Notes under the pieces: model-generated | What the model was told of the DNA's origin: nothing | Database searches by the model: none | What the model saw: only the letters and a program-made list of their open reading frames with translations | In this document: piece by piece, positions 43,968 through 53,005 of the stretch | Layout of the letters: each line of letters begins with the position of its first letter | How positions within the stretch are numbered: position 1 is the stretch's first letter | IMG/VR virus record: IMGVR_UViG_3300044825_000714 | Span: 507-64,506 of that record | Origin: a virus | Lineage: Duplodnaviria; Caudoviricetes | DNA: 64,000 nucleotides | Reading direction: 5' to 3' (one strand) | Made by a program: the position numbers and the translations under genes

Positions 43968-44036
43968 TCACATCATCAGGATGCAGGCTACTGCAACCAT
44001 CCAGACAAAGCAGGCGATGCCTGCGATGGTGCTCAT
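43968..44036 (-). CDS. 22-aa hydrophobic peptide
   Basis: GGAG RBS and ATGA overlap; MSTIAGIACFVWMVAVACILMM. Confidence 0.4.
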   Translation of the reverse strand: MSTIAGIACFVWMVAVACILMM

Positions 44037-44224
44037 TGCTCGCTCCAGCGTGCAGCGATCAACTTGCCGCGTTTACCTACCATGCCCAGCCCGTCGGGGT
44101 AGCAGGCCAGCCACTCACGCGCTTCGCGCTCCGTCTTGGCCCAGTGGGTTATCTCTTGTCCCTCCCACTCAATCGCTACCATGTAGCGGGTTAGCCAGAA
44201 CCAAAGGGTTTGGATCGTTTCCAT
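44033..44224 (-). CDS. First early gene, hypothetical
   Basis: GGAGAAAGC RBS after promoter and leader hairpin. Confidence 0.6.
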   Translation of the reverse strand: METIQTLWFWLTRYMVAIEWEGQEITHWAKTEREAREWLACYPDGLGMVGKRGKLIAARWSEQ

Positions 44225-44269
44225 TTGCTTTCTCCGGTTGTGATGCAGCACCGCGCTGCATCTGCATCT

Positions 44270-44299
44270 CTTATGCCCCGTACCCCCTTCAAGAGTCAA
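44270..44299 (-). promoter_or_regulatory. Early promoter
   Basis: TTGACT-18 bp-CATAAG. Confidence 0.55.
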
Positions 44300-44560
44300 G
44301 TTTCCACGGGGATCGGACCCCCCACCACCCAGATTCGCGCAAGGGTCCCCCCGCCGCCCCATACACCAAGACCTGCACAAATCACGCAACACTTTTACTA
44401 CTTTTAGCCTAATTACTTTACACATACCCCCCTCCCCCTTCGTTTTTCCGGACCACATTTATTTTTACTTCGCCCCAGAAACACCCCCCGGGTAGGAGTC
44501 CCACGAGTCAAAAATGCGTGGTATATTTCGCGCAATTCACGGAGTGCCTCCTTTCCTCCT

Positions 44561-45148
44561 ATGGACAACGCAAACATTGCGGAATATGTTCCTGACATCG
44601 ACCACGATGTCCCACTTCCGGCTAACGCCACGGAAGCAATGCCCGAGCTATCGCCACGCGAGGAGCTTGATATGCGGGCAAGGACAGTCAAGCTGCTGTC
44701 CGATTTGACAGGCAACCCAATAGAACCAAGTGAGAATGAGCGCGGAAATGCGCTGGATTTGGCGCGTCAGATGATGACCAACCCGGGACAAGCCCCTGCT
44801 TTGCAGAACTATTCCAATCCCACGATTGCCTATCTGGCCGGGATGGTTGCGCAGCACGACACACTGGTCGTCAAAGAGTTGGCGGACCTGAAGATTTATA
44901 TCGTCAACAAGCTGGTTGCCGAGACCGAACACCCCGACGGCAAGATTCGCATGCAGGCGCTGCGCAGTCTGGGCGAGATTGATGGTGTGGATGCGTTCAA
45001 GAAACGCTCTGAGATGACAGTCAAGCAGCAATCCATTGAAGAAGTGGAAAAAGAACTGCTTGAGACGCTGGAAAAGCTGGAAAAACGCACCGTCGATGTT
45101 CAGGCAAGGGTCATTGCAAGCCCTCCCAGCGATGAAAATCACGCCTGA
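44561..45148 (+). CDS. terS: Terminase small subunit (putative)
   Basis: Directly upstream of and overlapping TerL; RMQALRSLG helical motif. Confidence 0.65.
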   Translation: MDNANIAEYVPDIDHDVPLPANATEAMPELSPREELDMRARTVKLLSDLTGNPIEPSENERGNALDLARQMMTNPGQAPALQNYSNPTIAYLAGMVAQHDTLVVKELADLKIYIVNKLVAETEHPDGKIRMQALRSLGEIDGVDAFKKRSEMTVKQQSIEEVEKELLETLEKLEKRTVDVQARVIASPPSDENHA

Positions 45149-46646
45149 ACAGATTCAAACGCTGAAAAACCTGCTGCCGACCATGTCGGTGGAGGACAAA
45201 AAGCGCACGCTAGAGCTATTAAAGGCGTGGGACGCGGAGTCTGCTCAAATTTTAGGCAGGGATTCCCTGCTTTCCTTCGCTCAGCACGTCTATCAGGGCT
45301 ACAAGGTGGGTCCGCACCACCGCAGACTGGCCAAATTGTTCGAAGACATCGCTGCTGGACGCAAAAAACGGGTGATCGTGAACATCGCGCCCCGTCACGG
45401 CAAGTCAGAATTGATCTCGTACCTCGCTCCAGCGTGGTTTTTGGGCAAGTTTCCGCATAAAAAGGTCATCATGGCCTCCCACACTGCCGATTTGGCGGTG
45501 AACTTTGGTCGTCGGGTGCGAAATCTGGTCGGATCAGACTCGTACAAGGACATTTTTCCGCAGGTTGAGCTTCAGGCGGACTCCAAATCAGCTTCGCGCT
45601 GGGGAACCAACTTCCAAGGCGAGTATTTTGCGATTGGCGTGGGCGGTGCGTTGGCTGGGCGAGGGGCGGACCTGTTCATCATTGATGACCCACACTCTGA
45701 GCAGGAAGCCAAGTTGGGAAAACCGGATGTTTTCCTACCTGCGTGGGAGTGGTTCCAGTCTGGCCCTATTCAGCGTCTGATGCCCGGTGGCGCGATCATC
45801 GTGGTGATGACTCGGTGGTCCAAGTTGGACTTGACTGGGCAGATATTGAACCAGATGGCCCGCGAGGAGGGCGTCGAGCCGTGGGAGGTGATGGAGTTCC
45901 CGGCGATTTTGAACGACAAGCCGCTGTGGCCTGAGTTCTGGTCGCTGGAGGAATTGCTGGCCAAGAAGGCCGGGATGGACGTGCGCTATTGGGAAGCGCA
46001 GTACATGCAGAACCCGGTCTCCGAGGAGGGCGCTCTTATTAAGCGCGAATGGTGGCAGATTTGGGACAAGGATGAGCCGCCCCAGTGCGAGTTCACGATC
46101 ATGAGTCTGGACGCGGCGCAGGAGTCCAACAACCGCTCTGACTACAACGCCCTGACGACGTGGGGTGTCTTCATGAACGAGGAGACCAACGCGTACAACA
46201 TCATCCTCCTGAACGCGATCAAGCAGCGTCTGGAGTTCCCGGAGCTTAAGAAGTTAGTCCTTGAGGAGTACAAGGAGTGGCAGCCGGACGCGTTCGTGGT
46301 GGAGAAGAAGAGTAACGGCGCGGCGCTGTATCAGGAGCTTCGCAGGATGGGCGTGCCTGTCGGAGAGTTTACTCCCGGCAAGGGGCAGGATAAGATCAGC
46401 CGGGTTAATGCCGTCGCTGATATGTTTTCTTCAGGGATGGTGTGGGCACCCGACCGGCGTTGGGCGCGGGAGGTCATTGAGGAGTGCAACGACTTTCCCA
46501 GCGGGACGAACGACGACTTGGTGGACTCCACGACTCAGGCGCTCATGCGGTTTAGGCAGGGCGGGTTTATTCGACTTCCGTCCGATGAGCCGGAAGAGAT
46601 TCAATGGTTCAAAAGTCCGCGCAGAGAGCGGTACTACACGGTTTAA
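45132..46646 (+). CDS. terL: Terminase large subunit
   Basis: APRHGKS Walker A, GRGADLFIIDDP, MTRW, YMQNP, SLDAA, EKKSNG, DDLVDS. Confidence 0.95.
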   Translation: MKITPEQIQTLKNLLPTMSVEDKKRTLELLKAWDAESAQILGRDSLLSFAQHVYQGYKVGPHHRRLAKLFEDIAAGRKKRVIVNIAPRHGKSELISYLAPAWFLGKFPHKKVIMASHTADLAVNFGRRVRNLVGSDSYKDIFPQVELQADSKSASRWGTNFQGEYFAIGVGGALAGRGADLFIIDDPHSEQEAKLGKPDVFLPAWEWFQSGPIQRLMPGGAIIVVMTRWSKLDLTGQILNQMAREEGVEPWEVMEFPAILNDKPLWPEFWSLEELLAKKAGMDVRYWEAQYMQNPVSEEGALIKREWWQIWDKDEPPQCEFTIMSLDAAQESNNRSDYNALTTWGVFMNEETNAYNIILLNAIKQRLEFPELKKLVLEEYKEWQPDAFVVEKKSNGAALYQELRRMGVPVGEFTPGKGQDKISRVNAVADMFSSGMVWAPDRRWAREVIEECNDFPSGTNDDLVDSTTQALMRFRQGGFIRLPSDEPEEIQWFKSPRRERYYTV

Positions 46647-46655
46647 GGAGCCACC

Positions 46656-49157
46656 ATGGCAACAAGCGGAATTGACAAATCTCTTTACGGCGCACCCATG
46701 GGGCTGGAGGCAGTCATGCCCGAGCCACCGATTGAAATTGAGATCGAGAACCCGGACGAGGTCAACATTGGCCTAGGCGACATTGAGATCAGCCTGACCC
46801 CGGAGCCCAAGACGAACGACAAGGACTTCGACGCGAACCTCGCGGAGTACATGGACGAGTCCGCGCTTCAGAGGCTGGGCGAAGAGCTAGTAGAAGACTT
46901 CAGCAAAGACATCAACGACCGCAAGGAGTGGATGCAGACGTATGTCGAGGGTCTGAAGCTGCTGGGCCTGAAGTACGAAGAGCGTACCGAGCCGTGGAAT
47001 GGCGCGTGTGGCGTGTTCCACCCGATGCTCACCGAGTCCGTTGTGCGTTTCCAGTCCGAGGGCATCACGGAGACGTTCCCGGCTGCTGGCCCTGTCAAGA
47101 CGGTGATCATTGGCAAGGACACTCCGCAGAAGGAAGAAGCCGCGATGCGCGTGCGCGCGGATATGAACTACCAGCTTACCGAGGTGATGTACGAGTATCG
47201 CCCGGAGCACGAGAAGATGCTGTGGAACCTGCCGATTGCAGGGTCCGCGTTCAAGAAGGTGTACTACGACCCGAGTCTGGGGCGTCAGGCTGCGGTGTTC
47301 ATCCCCGCCGAGGACATCGTCGTGCCGTATGGCGCGAGCAACCTTGAGACCGCTGAGCGTGTGACGCACGTCATGCGTAAGACCGAGAACGAAGTGGCCA
47401 AGCTGATCGAGGCCGGGTTCTACCGCGACGTTGAACTGGGTGAGCCGACCTACCAGCTAGACGACATCGAGAAGCAGAAGGCCGAAGAGATGGGCATGAG
47501 CGCCATCGACGATGCGCGCTATCGCATGCTTGAGATGCACGTCAACCTAGACCTCAAAGGCTATGAAGACAAGGACAAGAAGGGGCGTCTTACGGGGATT
47601 GCGCTTCCTTACGTGGTTACTGTGGAGAAGGGTACTCGCAAGATTCTGGCGATCCGCAGGAATTGGTACGAGGAAGACGCTCTCAAGCTCAAGCGACAAC
47701 ACTTCGTCCATTATCAATACATTCCCGGGTTTGGTTTCTATGGCTATGGCCTCATCCACCTCATCGGGGGCTATGCCAAGAGCGCGACGATGCTTATCCG
47801 CCAGCTTGTTGACGCTGGCACTTTGTCTAACCTCCCCGGTGGTCTCAAATCGCGGGGTCTTCGCATCAAGGGAGATGACACCCCCATCGCTCCGGGAGAG
47901 TTCCGAGACGTAGACGTCCCGTCCGGTTCCATCCGCGACAACATTCTGCCGCTGCCGTACAAGGAGCCGAGCCAAGTTCTGATGTCGCTGTTCAACCAGA
48001 TCGTGCAGGAAGGCCGTGCGTTTGCGTCCGCTGGCGATATGAAGGTCAGCGATATGTCCAGCCAAGCGCCGGTGGGTACCACCTTGGCCATCCTTGAGCG
48101 CACGCTGAAGGTGATGGGCGCAGTTCAAGCGCGGATGCACTACACGATGAAGCAGGAGTTCAAGCTCCTGAAGACCATCATCGCTGACTACACCGCCGAG
48201 GACTACAGCTACGAGCCGGAGGAGGGTAGCCCCCGTGCCAAGCGCAGCGACTACGACATGGTGGAGGTGATCCCCGTGTCCGACCCGAACGCTGCCACGA
48301 TGGCGCAGAAGATCGTGCAGTACCAAGCGGTGTTCCAGCTTGCACAGAGTGCTCCGCAGTACTACGACATGCCCCTGCTGCACCGCCAGATGATTGAGGT
48401 GCTGGGTATCAAGAACGCGTCCAAGCTCGTGCCCATTGAAGAGGACATGGTGCCCACCGACCCGGTGCAGGAGAACCAGAACCTGCTGACCATGAAGCCG
48501 GTCAAGGCGTTCATCGAGCAGAACCATCAGGCGCACATTCAGACGCACATGGCTGCGATCCAGAACCCGAAGATTCAGCAGCTCATGCAGATGAATCCGC
48601 AGGCGCAGGCGATCATGGCCGCAGCCATGGCGCATATCAACGAGCACATCGCGCTGGAGTACCGCCGTCAGGTGGAAGAGCAGATTGGCGTTCTGCCCAG
48701 CGAAGAGCAGAACAAGCAGGTGCCCCCAGAGATGGCCGACCAGATCGCCATCGCAGCCGCTCAGGCCACTGCCCAGATCACTCAGCGCGATACGCAGCAG
48801 GCTCAGCAGGCCGCAGCCCAGCAGCAGATGCAGGACCCCGTGGTCCAGATGCAGATGCAGGAGTTGCAGCTCAAGCAGCAGGACCTCCAGCTGAAGGCCC
48901 AGAAGCAGCAGATCGAGGCCGCAGCCAAGGCCGATCAGATTCGGATCGAAGAAGCTCGCATCGCGGCTCAGAAAGAGATCGCTGCCATGCAGGTCGCGGC
49001 AAGTGCCGCTGCACAGAAAGACAAAGCGAATCGTCAGCAAGAGACGGAAGGAGCACGCATGGGCTTGGACGCTGCCAAACACCGCGCCCAGATGGCCATG
49101 CAAGCAGCGCAACGGGCCGCGCAACAAAGGCCCAAACCTAGGAAGGAGAACGATTGA
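46656..49157 (+). CDS. Portal protein (P22-like, long C-terminal helical barrel)
   Basis: 833 aa after TerL; GSAFKKVYYD, GFYGYGL motifs; Gln-rich coiled-coil tail. Confidence 0.85.
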   Translation: MATSGIDKSLYGAPMGLEAVMPEPPIEIEIENPDEVNIGLGDIEISLTPEPKTNDKDFDANLAEYMDESALQRLGEELVEDFSKDINDRKEWMQTYVEGLKLLGLKYEERTEPWNGACGVFHPMLTESVVRFQSEGITETFPAAGPVKTVIIGKDTPQKEEAAMRVRADMNYQLTEVMYEYRPEHEKMLWNLPIAGSAFKKVYYDPSLGRQAAVFIPAEDIVVPYGASNLETAERVTHVMRKTENEVAKLIEAGFYRDVELGEPTYQLDDIEKQKAEEMGMSAIDDARYRMLEMHVNLDLKGYEDKDKKGRLTGIALPYVVTVEKGTRKILAIRRNWYEEDALKLKRQHFVHYQYIPGFGFYGYGLIHLIGGYAKSATMLIRQLVDAGTLSNLPGGLKSRGLRIKGDDTPIAPGEFRDVDVPSGSIRDNILPLPYKEPSQVLMSLFNQIVQEGRAFASAGDMKVSDMSSQAPVGTTLAILERTLKVMGAVQARMHYTMKQEFKLLKTIIADYTAEDYSYEPEEGSPRAKRSDYDMVEVIPVSDPNAATMAQKIVQYQAVFQLAQSAPQYYDMPLLHRQMIEVLGIKNASKLVPIEEDMVPTDPVQENQNLLTMKPVKAFIEQNHQAHIQTHMAAIQNPKIQQLMQMNPQAQAIMAAAMAHINEHIALEYRRQVEEQIGVLPSEEQNKQVPPEMADQIAIAAAQATAQITQRDTQQAQQAAAQQQMQDPVVQMQMQELQLKQQDLQLKAQKQQIEAAAKADQIRIEEARIAAQKEIAAMQVAASAAAQKDKANRQQETEGARMGLDAAKHRAQMAMQAAQRAAQQRPKPRKEND

Positions 49158-49351
49158 ACGAGTACCGAGTTTTAGCTCTCGTACAGGCGGAGATTGAAAA
49201 AATTCGCCAAGAACAAACCGCGTTCTTGGCTGCTAGTCGCGCCGATACGTACGACGAGTACAAGAAAGTCTGCGGGGTAATCCGAGGTCTATACCTTGCA
49301 GACAACATCATTAACGACCTCGTGCAACGAATGGAAAAAGCCGATGACTGA
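49154..49351 (+). CDS. Small conserved head-module protein
   Basis: AAGGAG RBS; EYK..CG.IRGL motif. Confidence 0.65.
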   Translation: MNEYRVLALVQAEIEKIRQEQTAFLAASRADTYDEYKKVCGVIRGLYLADNIINDLVQRMEKADD

Positions 49352-49754
49352 ATTTGACGTGCAGGCGATTGACTTATCCGGGCTGCTGAACAAGCCTGCC
49401 GAGGAGAAGGCCAAGCAGCTTCCTGATCCCAAAACGTTCCACCTTCTGTGCGTTGTTCCGGAAGCGATGGAAGAGTACGCGGATAGCGACGTGGGCATCA
49501 TTAAGGACGCCAAGACGATGCACTACGAAGAGGTGCTGACTCCCGTGCTGTTTGTGGTCAAGGTCGGCCCCGACGCCTACAAGGACACCACCCGGTTCCC
49601 CAGTGGCCCGTCATGCAAACAAGGTGACTTTGTCATCGTGCGCCCCAATTCAGGCACCCGCTTGAAGATTCATGGCCGAGAGTTCCGCATCATTAATGAT
49701 GATTCGGTCGAAGCCGTCGTTGAAGACCCGCGTGGGATCACCCGCGCTGCTTAA
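49344..49754 (+). CDS. groES: GroES-like co-chaperonin
   Basis: GII mobile-loop motif, VVKVGPDAY, CKQGDFV, EFRIINDDSVEAVV. Confidence 0.8.
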   Translation: MTEFDVQAIDLSGLLNKPAEEKAKQLPDPKTFHLLCVVPEAMEEYADSDVGIIKDAKTMHYEEVLTPVLFVVKVGPDAYKDTTRFPSGPSCKQGDFVIVRPNSGTRLKIHGREFRIINDDSVEAVVEDPRGITRAA

Positions 49755-49757
49755 GGA

Positions 49758-50783
49758 GTGAACATGCCCCTGCCGAAGTTTGAAGGCGAAGAATTCGAGT
49801 TCCCGGACGAGAAGGAAGCCAAGGAAAAAGTCAAAGCCGCTGATGAGCAGCTAGACGACGATTTCAAGATTGAGATCGAAGACGACACCCCTCCCGAGGA
49901 TCGTGGTCGCAAACCCGCACCGCCTCCGGAAGACCCCACCGAAGAGGAACTCTCGTCCTACGACGAAAAAGTTCAGGCGCGTATCAAGAAGTTCACTCGT
50001 GGTTACCACGACGAGCGTCGCGCCAAGGAAGCTGCTCTGCGTGAGCGTGAAGCCGCTGAACTGTTTGCCAAGCAGGTCTACGAAGAGAACAAGCGCCTGC
50101 AAAAGCAGCTTGCCGAGGGCAGTCAGGTCTTCATCGAGCAGTCCAAAACCAGCGCGGCTACCGAACTTGAAATAGCCAAAAAGAAGTACAAAGAAGCTTA
50201 CGAGTCGGCAGATCCTGATGCTTTGGTGGAAGCGCAAGAGGCTATCGCCAAGGCTACGCTCAAATTAGAGCGTGCTGGGCAGATGAAGCCGATTGAGGAG
50301 AGCGAGTTCAAGCCTGCCGCTGCGCCCGCCGCCTCTCCCGAAGATAACATGACCCCTCGCACCAAGCAGTGGGTCAATTCCAACAAATCGTGGTTCGGCC
50401 AGCCCGGCTACGAAGATATGACTATGATGGCTATGGGGCTTGACAAAAAGCTACAGCAGCAATATGGTCCCGATTACGTTGGTAGTGAGGAATACTTCCG
50501 CACCATCGACAAAGTGATGCGCAAACGATTCCCCGAACACTTCGAAGACGAAGACGGGAGCTATGAGGAAGAACCGCCGCCTCGGAAAAGGGCAGAACCG
50601 GCAGACGAAGATGATTCTCCGCGCCGTGCAACAAAACCCGCTGCTGTTGTGGCCCCGGCTACTCGCAGCACACCGCCTAACCGCGTGAAGCTCAAGGCTT
50701 CTCAAGTTTCGCTGGCGCGCAAACTTGGGATTACCCCAGAGGCGTACGCTAAACAGGTTGCTCTACTTGGAAGGAATGAATAA
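49758..50783 (+). CDS. Capsid scaffolding protein
   Basis: Acidic coiled coil; C-terminal ARKLGITPEAYAK capsid-binding-type helix; position before capsid genes. Confidence 0.7.
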   Translation: MNMPLPKFEGEEFEFPDEKEAKEKVKAADEQLDDDFKIEIEDDTPPEDRGRKPAPPPEDPTEEELSSYDEKVQARIKKFTRGYHDERRAKEAALREREAAELFAKQVYEENKRLQKQLAEGSQVFIEQSKTSAATELEIAKKKYKEAYESADPDALVEAQEAIAKATLKLERAGQMKPIEESEFKPAAAPAASPEDNMTPRTKQWVNSNKSWFGQPGYEDMTMMAMGLDKKLQQQYGPDYVGSEEYFRTIDKVMRKRFPEHFEDEDGSYEEEPPPRKRAEPADEDDSPRRATKPAAVVAPATRSTPPNRVKLKASQVSLARKLGITPEAYAKQVALLGRNE

Positions 50784-51250
50784 TGGAACAGCAAGTTCAA
50801 CCCCAAAACCGGCTCAAGCGTGAACTGGAAGCCCGCGAGAAGACGCAAATGCGTCCTCAAGCATGGCGTCCGCCCGAGACGCTACCCGCTCCGGATGATC
50901 GTCCGGGCTGGAAGCATCGCTGGGTTCGTCTGAGCACGATGGGAACTTCTGATCCCAGCAACATCTCTTCCCGGTTGCGTGAAGGATACGAGCCCTGCAA
51001 AGCAGAGGACTATCCCGAACTCATGATGCACGCTACCACTGAAGGTCGCTTTAAGGGCGGCATTGAAGTGGGTGGACTGTTGCTCTGTCGCATCCCGACT
51101 GAGTTTTTGGATCAGCGTATGAAATACTACGAGGGTCAGAACAAAGCTCAGATGGAATCGGTGGACAACAATTTCCTTCGTGAAAATGATCCTCGTATGC
51201 CCCTTTTCTCTGAAAAGAAGACGAAGGTCACTTTCGGTTCAGGTTCTTAA
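50783..51250 (+). CDS. Conserved head-module protein
   Basis: WRPP..L, HRWVR, REGYEP, VGGLLLCRIP. Confidence 0.65.
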   Translation: MEQQVQPQNRLKRELEAREKTQMRPQAWRPPETLPAPDDRPGWKHRWVRLSTMGTSDPSNISSRLREGYEPCKAEDYPELMMHATTEGRFKGGIEVGGLLLCRIPTEFLDQRMKYYEGQNKAQMESVDNNFLRENDPRMPLFSEKKTKVTFGSGS

Positions 51251-51265
51251 ATCTAGGAGTCTTTA

Positions 51266-51970
51266 ATGGCTTATCCCACCATTGACAAGCCGTATGGCTT
51301 GAAGCCGATCAATCTGATCGGTGGTCAGGTGTTCGCCGGACAAACTCGCCAATACCAAATCGACCCCGCTGGGTTCGCTGGTAACATCTTCTACGGAGAT
51401 GTGGTGAAGTTGGTTTCGACGGGCTACGTTGAAAAAGATACCGGTCAGGCGACCGCAACGCCGCTGGGCATCTTCCAAGGTTGCTCTTACGTGAACGCGC
51501 AAGGGCAAACCATCTTCGCGCAGTACTACCCCACCGGGTACGCTGCCCCCACCGGCACCGTCATCACCGCCTACGTGCAGGATGACCCCGATCTGCTGTT
51601 CAAGGCAGTTCTGGTGTCTGGTCAAACCGAAGGTGGCAACGGCCTTGTTCCGGCTTATCTGAGCCGTAGCATTATCGGCACGAACGCTGAACTGGTGCAA
51701 AACGCCGGTTTGACCTCGACCGGTGATAGCCGTATCGGCGTGTACGCTACCACTAGCGCTACCACCGCTTCGCTGCCCATCCGCATCGTTGATGTGGTGC
51801 CTGATACCGCCAACTCGTCTGGTGATTTCGTGGAAGTGATTTGCAAGTGGAACGCTCCGTATGTGGTCTCTACCTCGACCACCACTGAGCCGACCCCGGG
51901 CACCTTCGCCACTGTGACCACCAGCACTGTGACTGGCGGCCATCAGTATCTCAACCCCGTTGGCGTCTGA
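51266..51970 (+). CDS. Capsid decoration / cement-like protein
   Basis: PYGLKP, IFYGDVV, GIFQGCSY, DDPD; strong codon bias; directly before MCP. Confidence 0.65.
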   Translation: MAYPTIDKPYGLKPINLIGGQVFAGQTRQYQIDPAGFAGNIFYGDVVKLVSTGYVEKDTGQATATPLGIFQGCSYVNAQGQTIFAQYYPTGYAAPTGTVITAYVQDDPDLLFKAVLVSGQTEGGNGLVPAYLSRSIIGTNAELVQNAGLTSTGDSRIGVYATTSATTASLPIRIVDVVPDTANSSGDFVEVICKWNAPYVVSTSTTTEPTPGTFATVTTSTVTGGHQYLNPVGV

Positions 51971-51986
51971 TAAGGAGTAATTAAAA

Positions 51987-52898
51987 ATGGCTATTTCACG
52001 CGCACAACTGCTGAAAGAGCTGCTCCCCGGTCTGAACGCCTTGTTCGGGATGGAGTACGCTCGCTACGGCGAAGAGCACAAAGAGATCTACGAAACCGAG
52101 ACCTCTGAGCGCTCGTTTGAAGAAGAAACCAAGCTGTCTGGCTTCTCCGCCGCTCCGGTGAAGAACGAAGGCTCTGCGATTGCTTATGACAACGCGCAGG
52201 AAGCTTGGAGCACCCGCTATACGCACGAAACCATTGCTCTGGGTTTCTCGATCACCGAAGAGGCGATTGAGGACAACCTGTACGACAGCCTGTCTGCTCG
52301 TTACACCAAGGCTCTGGCCCGCGCTATGGCGTATACCAAGCAGGTTAAAGCTGCTGCGGTTCTGAACAACGGCTTCTCCAACACCTACCCCGGTGGTGAT
52401 GGCGTCTCCCTGTTCAACGCAAACCACCCGCTGGTGTCCGGCGGCGTGAACAGCAACACCCCCTCCACCCAAGTTGACCTGAACGAGACTTCTCTGGAAG
52501 CCGCCGTTATTCAGATCGCCGCTTGGACGGACGAGCGTGGCCTGCTGATCGCTGCCAAGCCCAAGAAGATGATTGTTCCCCCGTCGCTGATGTTCGTTGC
52601 CAAGCGTCTGCTTGATACCGAACTGCGCGTGGCAACTGCTGATAACGACATCAACGCTATCAAGCAGATGGGTGCAATCCCCGAGGGTTACACCGTGAAC
52701 CACTTCCTGACCGACCCGAACGCATGGTTCCTGACCACTGACGTTCCCAACGGCATGAAGCACTTCGTGCGTACCCCGCTGCAGAATTCTATGGACGGGG
52801 ATTTTGACACGGGCAACGTCCGTTACAAGGCTCGCGAAAGGTATTCTTTTGGCTGGAGCGATCCGCTCGGGATGTGGGGTTCCTCTGGTTCGACCTAA
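51987..52898 (+). CDS. Major capsid protein (Mu gpT-related, HK97 fold)
   Basis: MAISRAQLLKELLPGLNALFG, GGDGVSL, YKARERYSFGWSD; optimal codons; strong terminator after. Confidence 0.9.
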   Translation: MAISRAQLLKELLPGLNALFGMEYARYGEEHKEIYETETSERSFEEETKLSGFSAAPVKNEGSAIAYDNAQEAWSTRYTHETIALGFSITEEAIEDNLYDSLSARYTKALARAMAYTKQVKAAAVLNNGFSNTYPGGDGVSLFNANHPLVSGGVNSNTPSTQVDLNETSLEAAVIQIAAWTDERGLLIAAKPKKMIVPPSLMFVAKRLLDTELRVATADNDINAIKQMGAIPEGYTVNHFLTDPNAWFLTTDVPNGMKHFVRTPLQNSMDGDFDTGNVRYKARERYSFGWSDPLGMWGSSGST

Positions 52899-52920
52899 AA
52901 ATCGAATACCAAAGGTATCA

Positions 52921-52947
52921 AAAAAGGGGACTTCGGTCCCCTTTTTT
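52921..52947 (+). terminator. Intrinsic (bidirectional-type) terminator
   Basis: AAAAA-GGGGAC-TTCG-GTCCCC-TTTTTT. Confidence 0.9.
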
Positions 52948-53005
52948 CTTTGGGGCTTGTGTTACTCGTTCAGCTTAGGGTACACTACGGGCAAAGGAGA
53001 AACCC

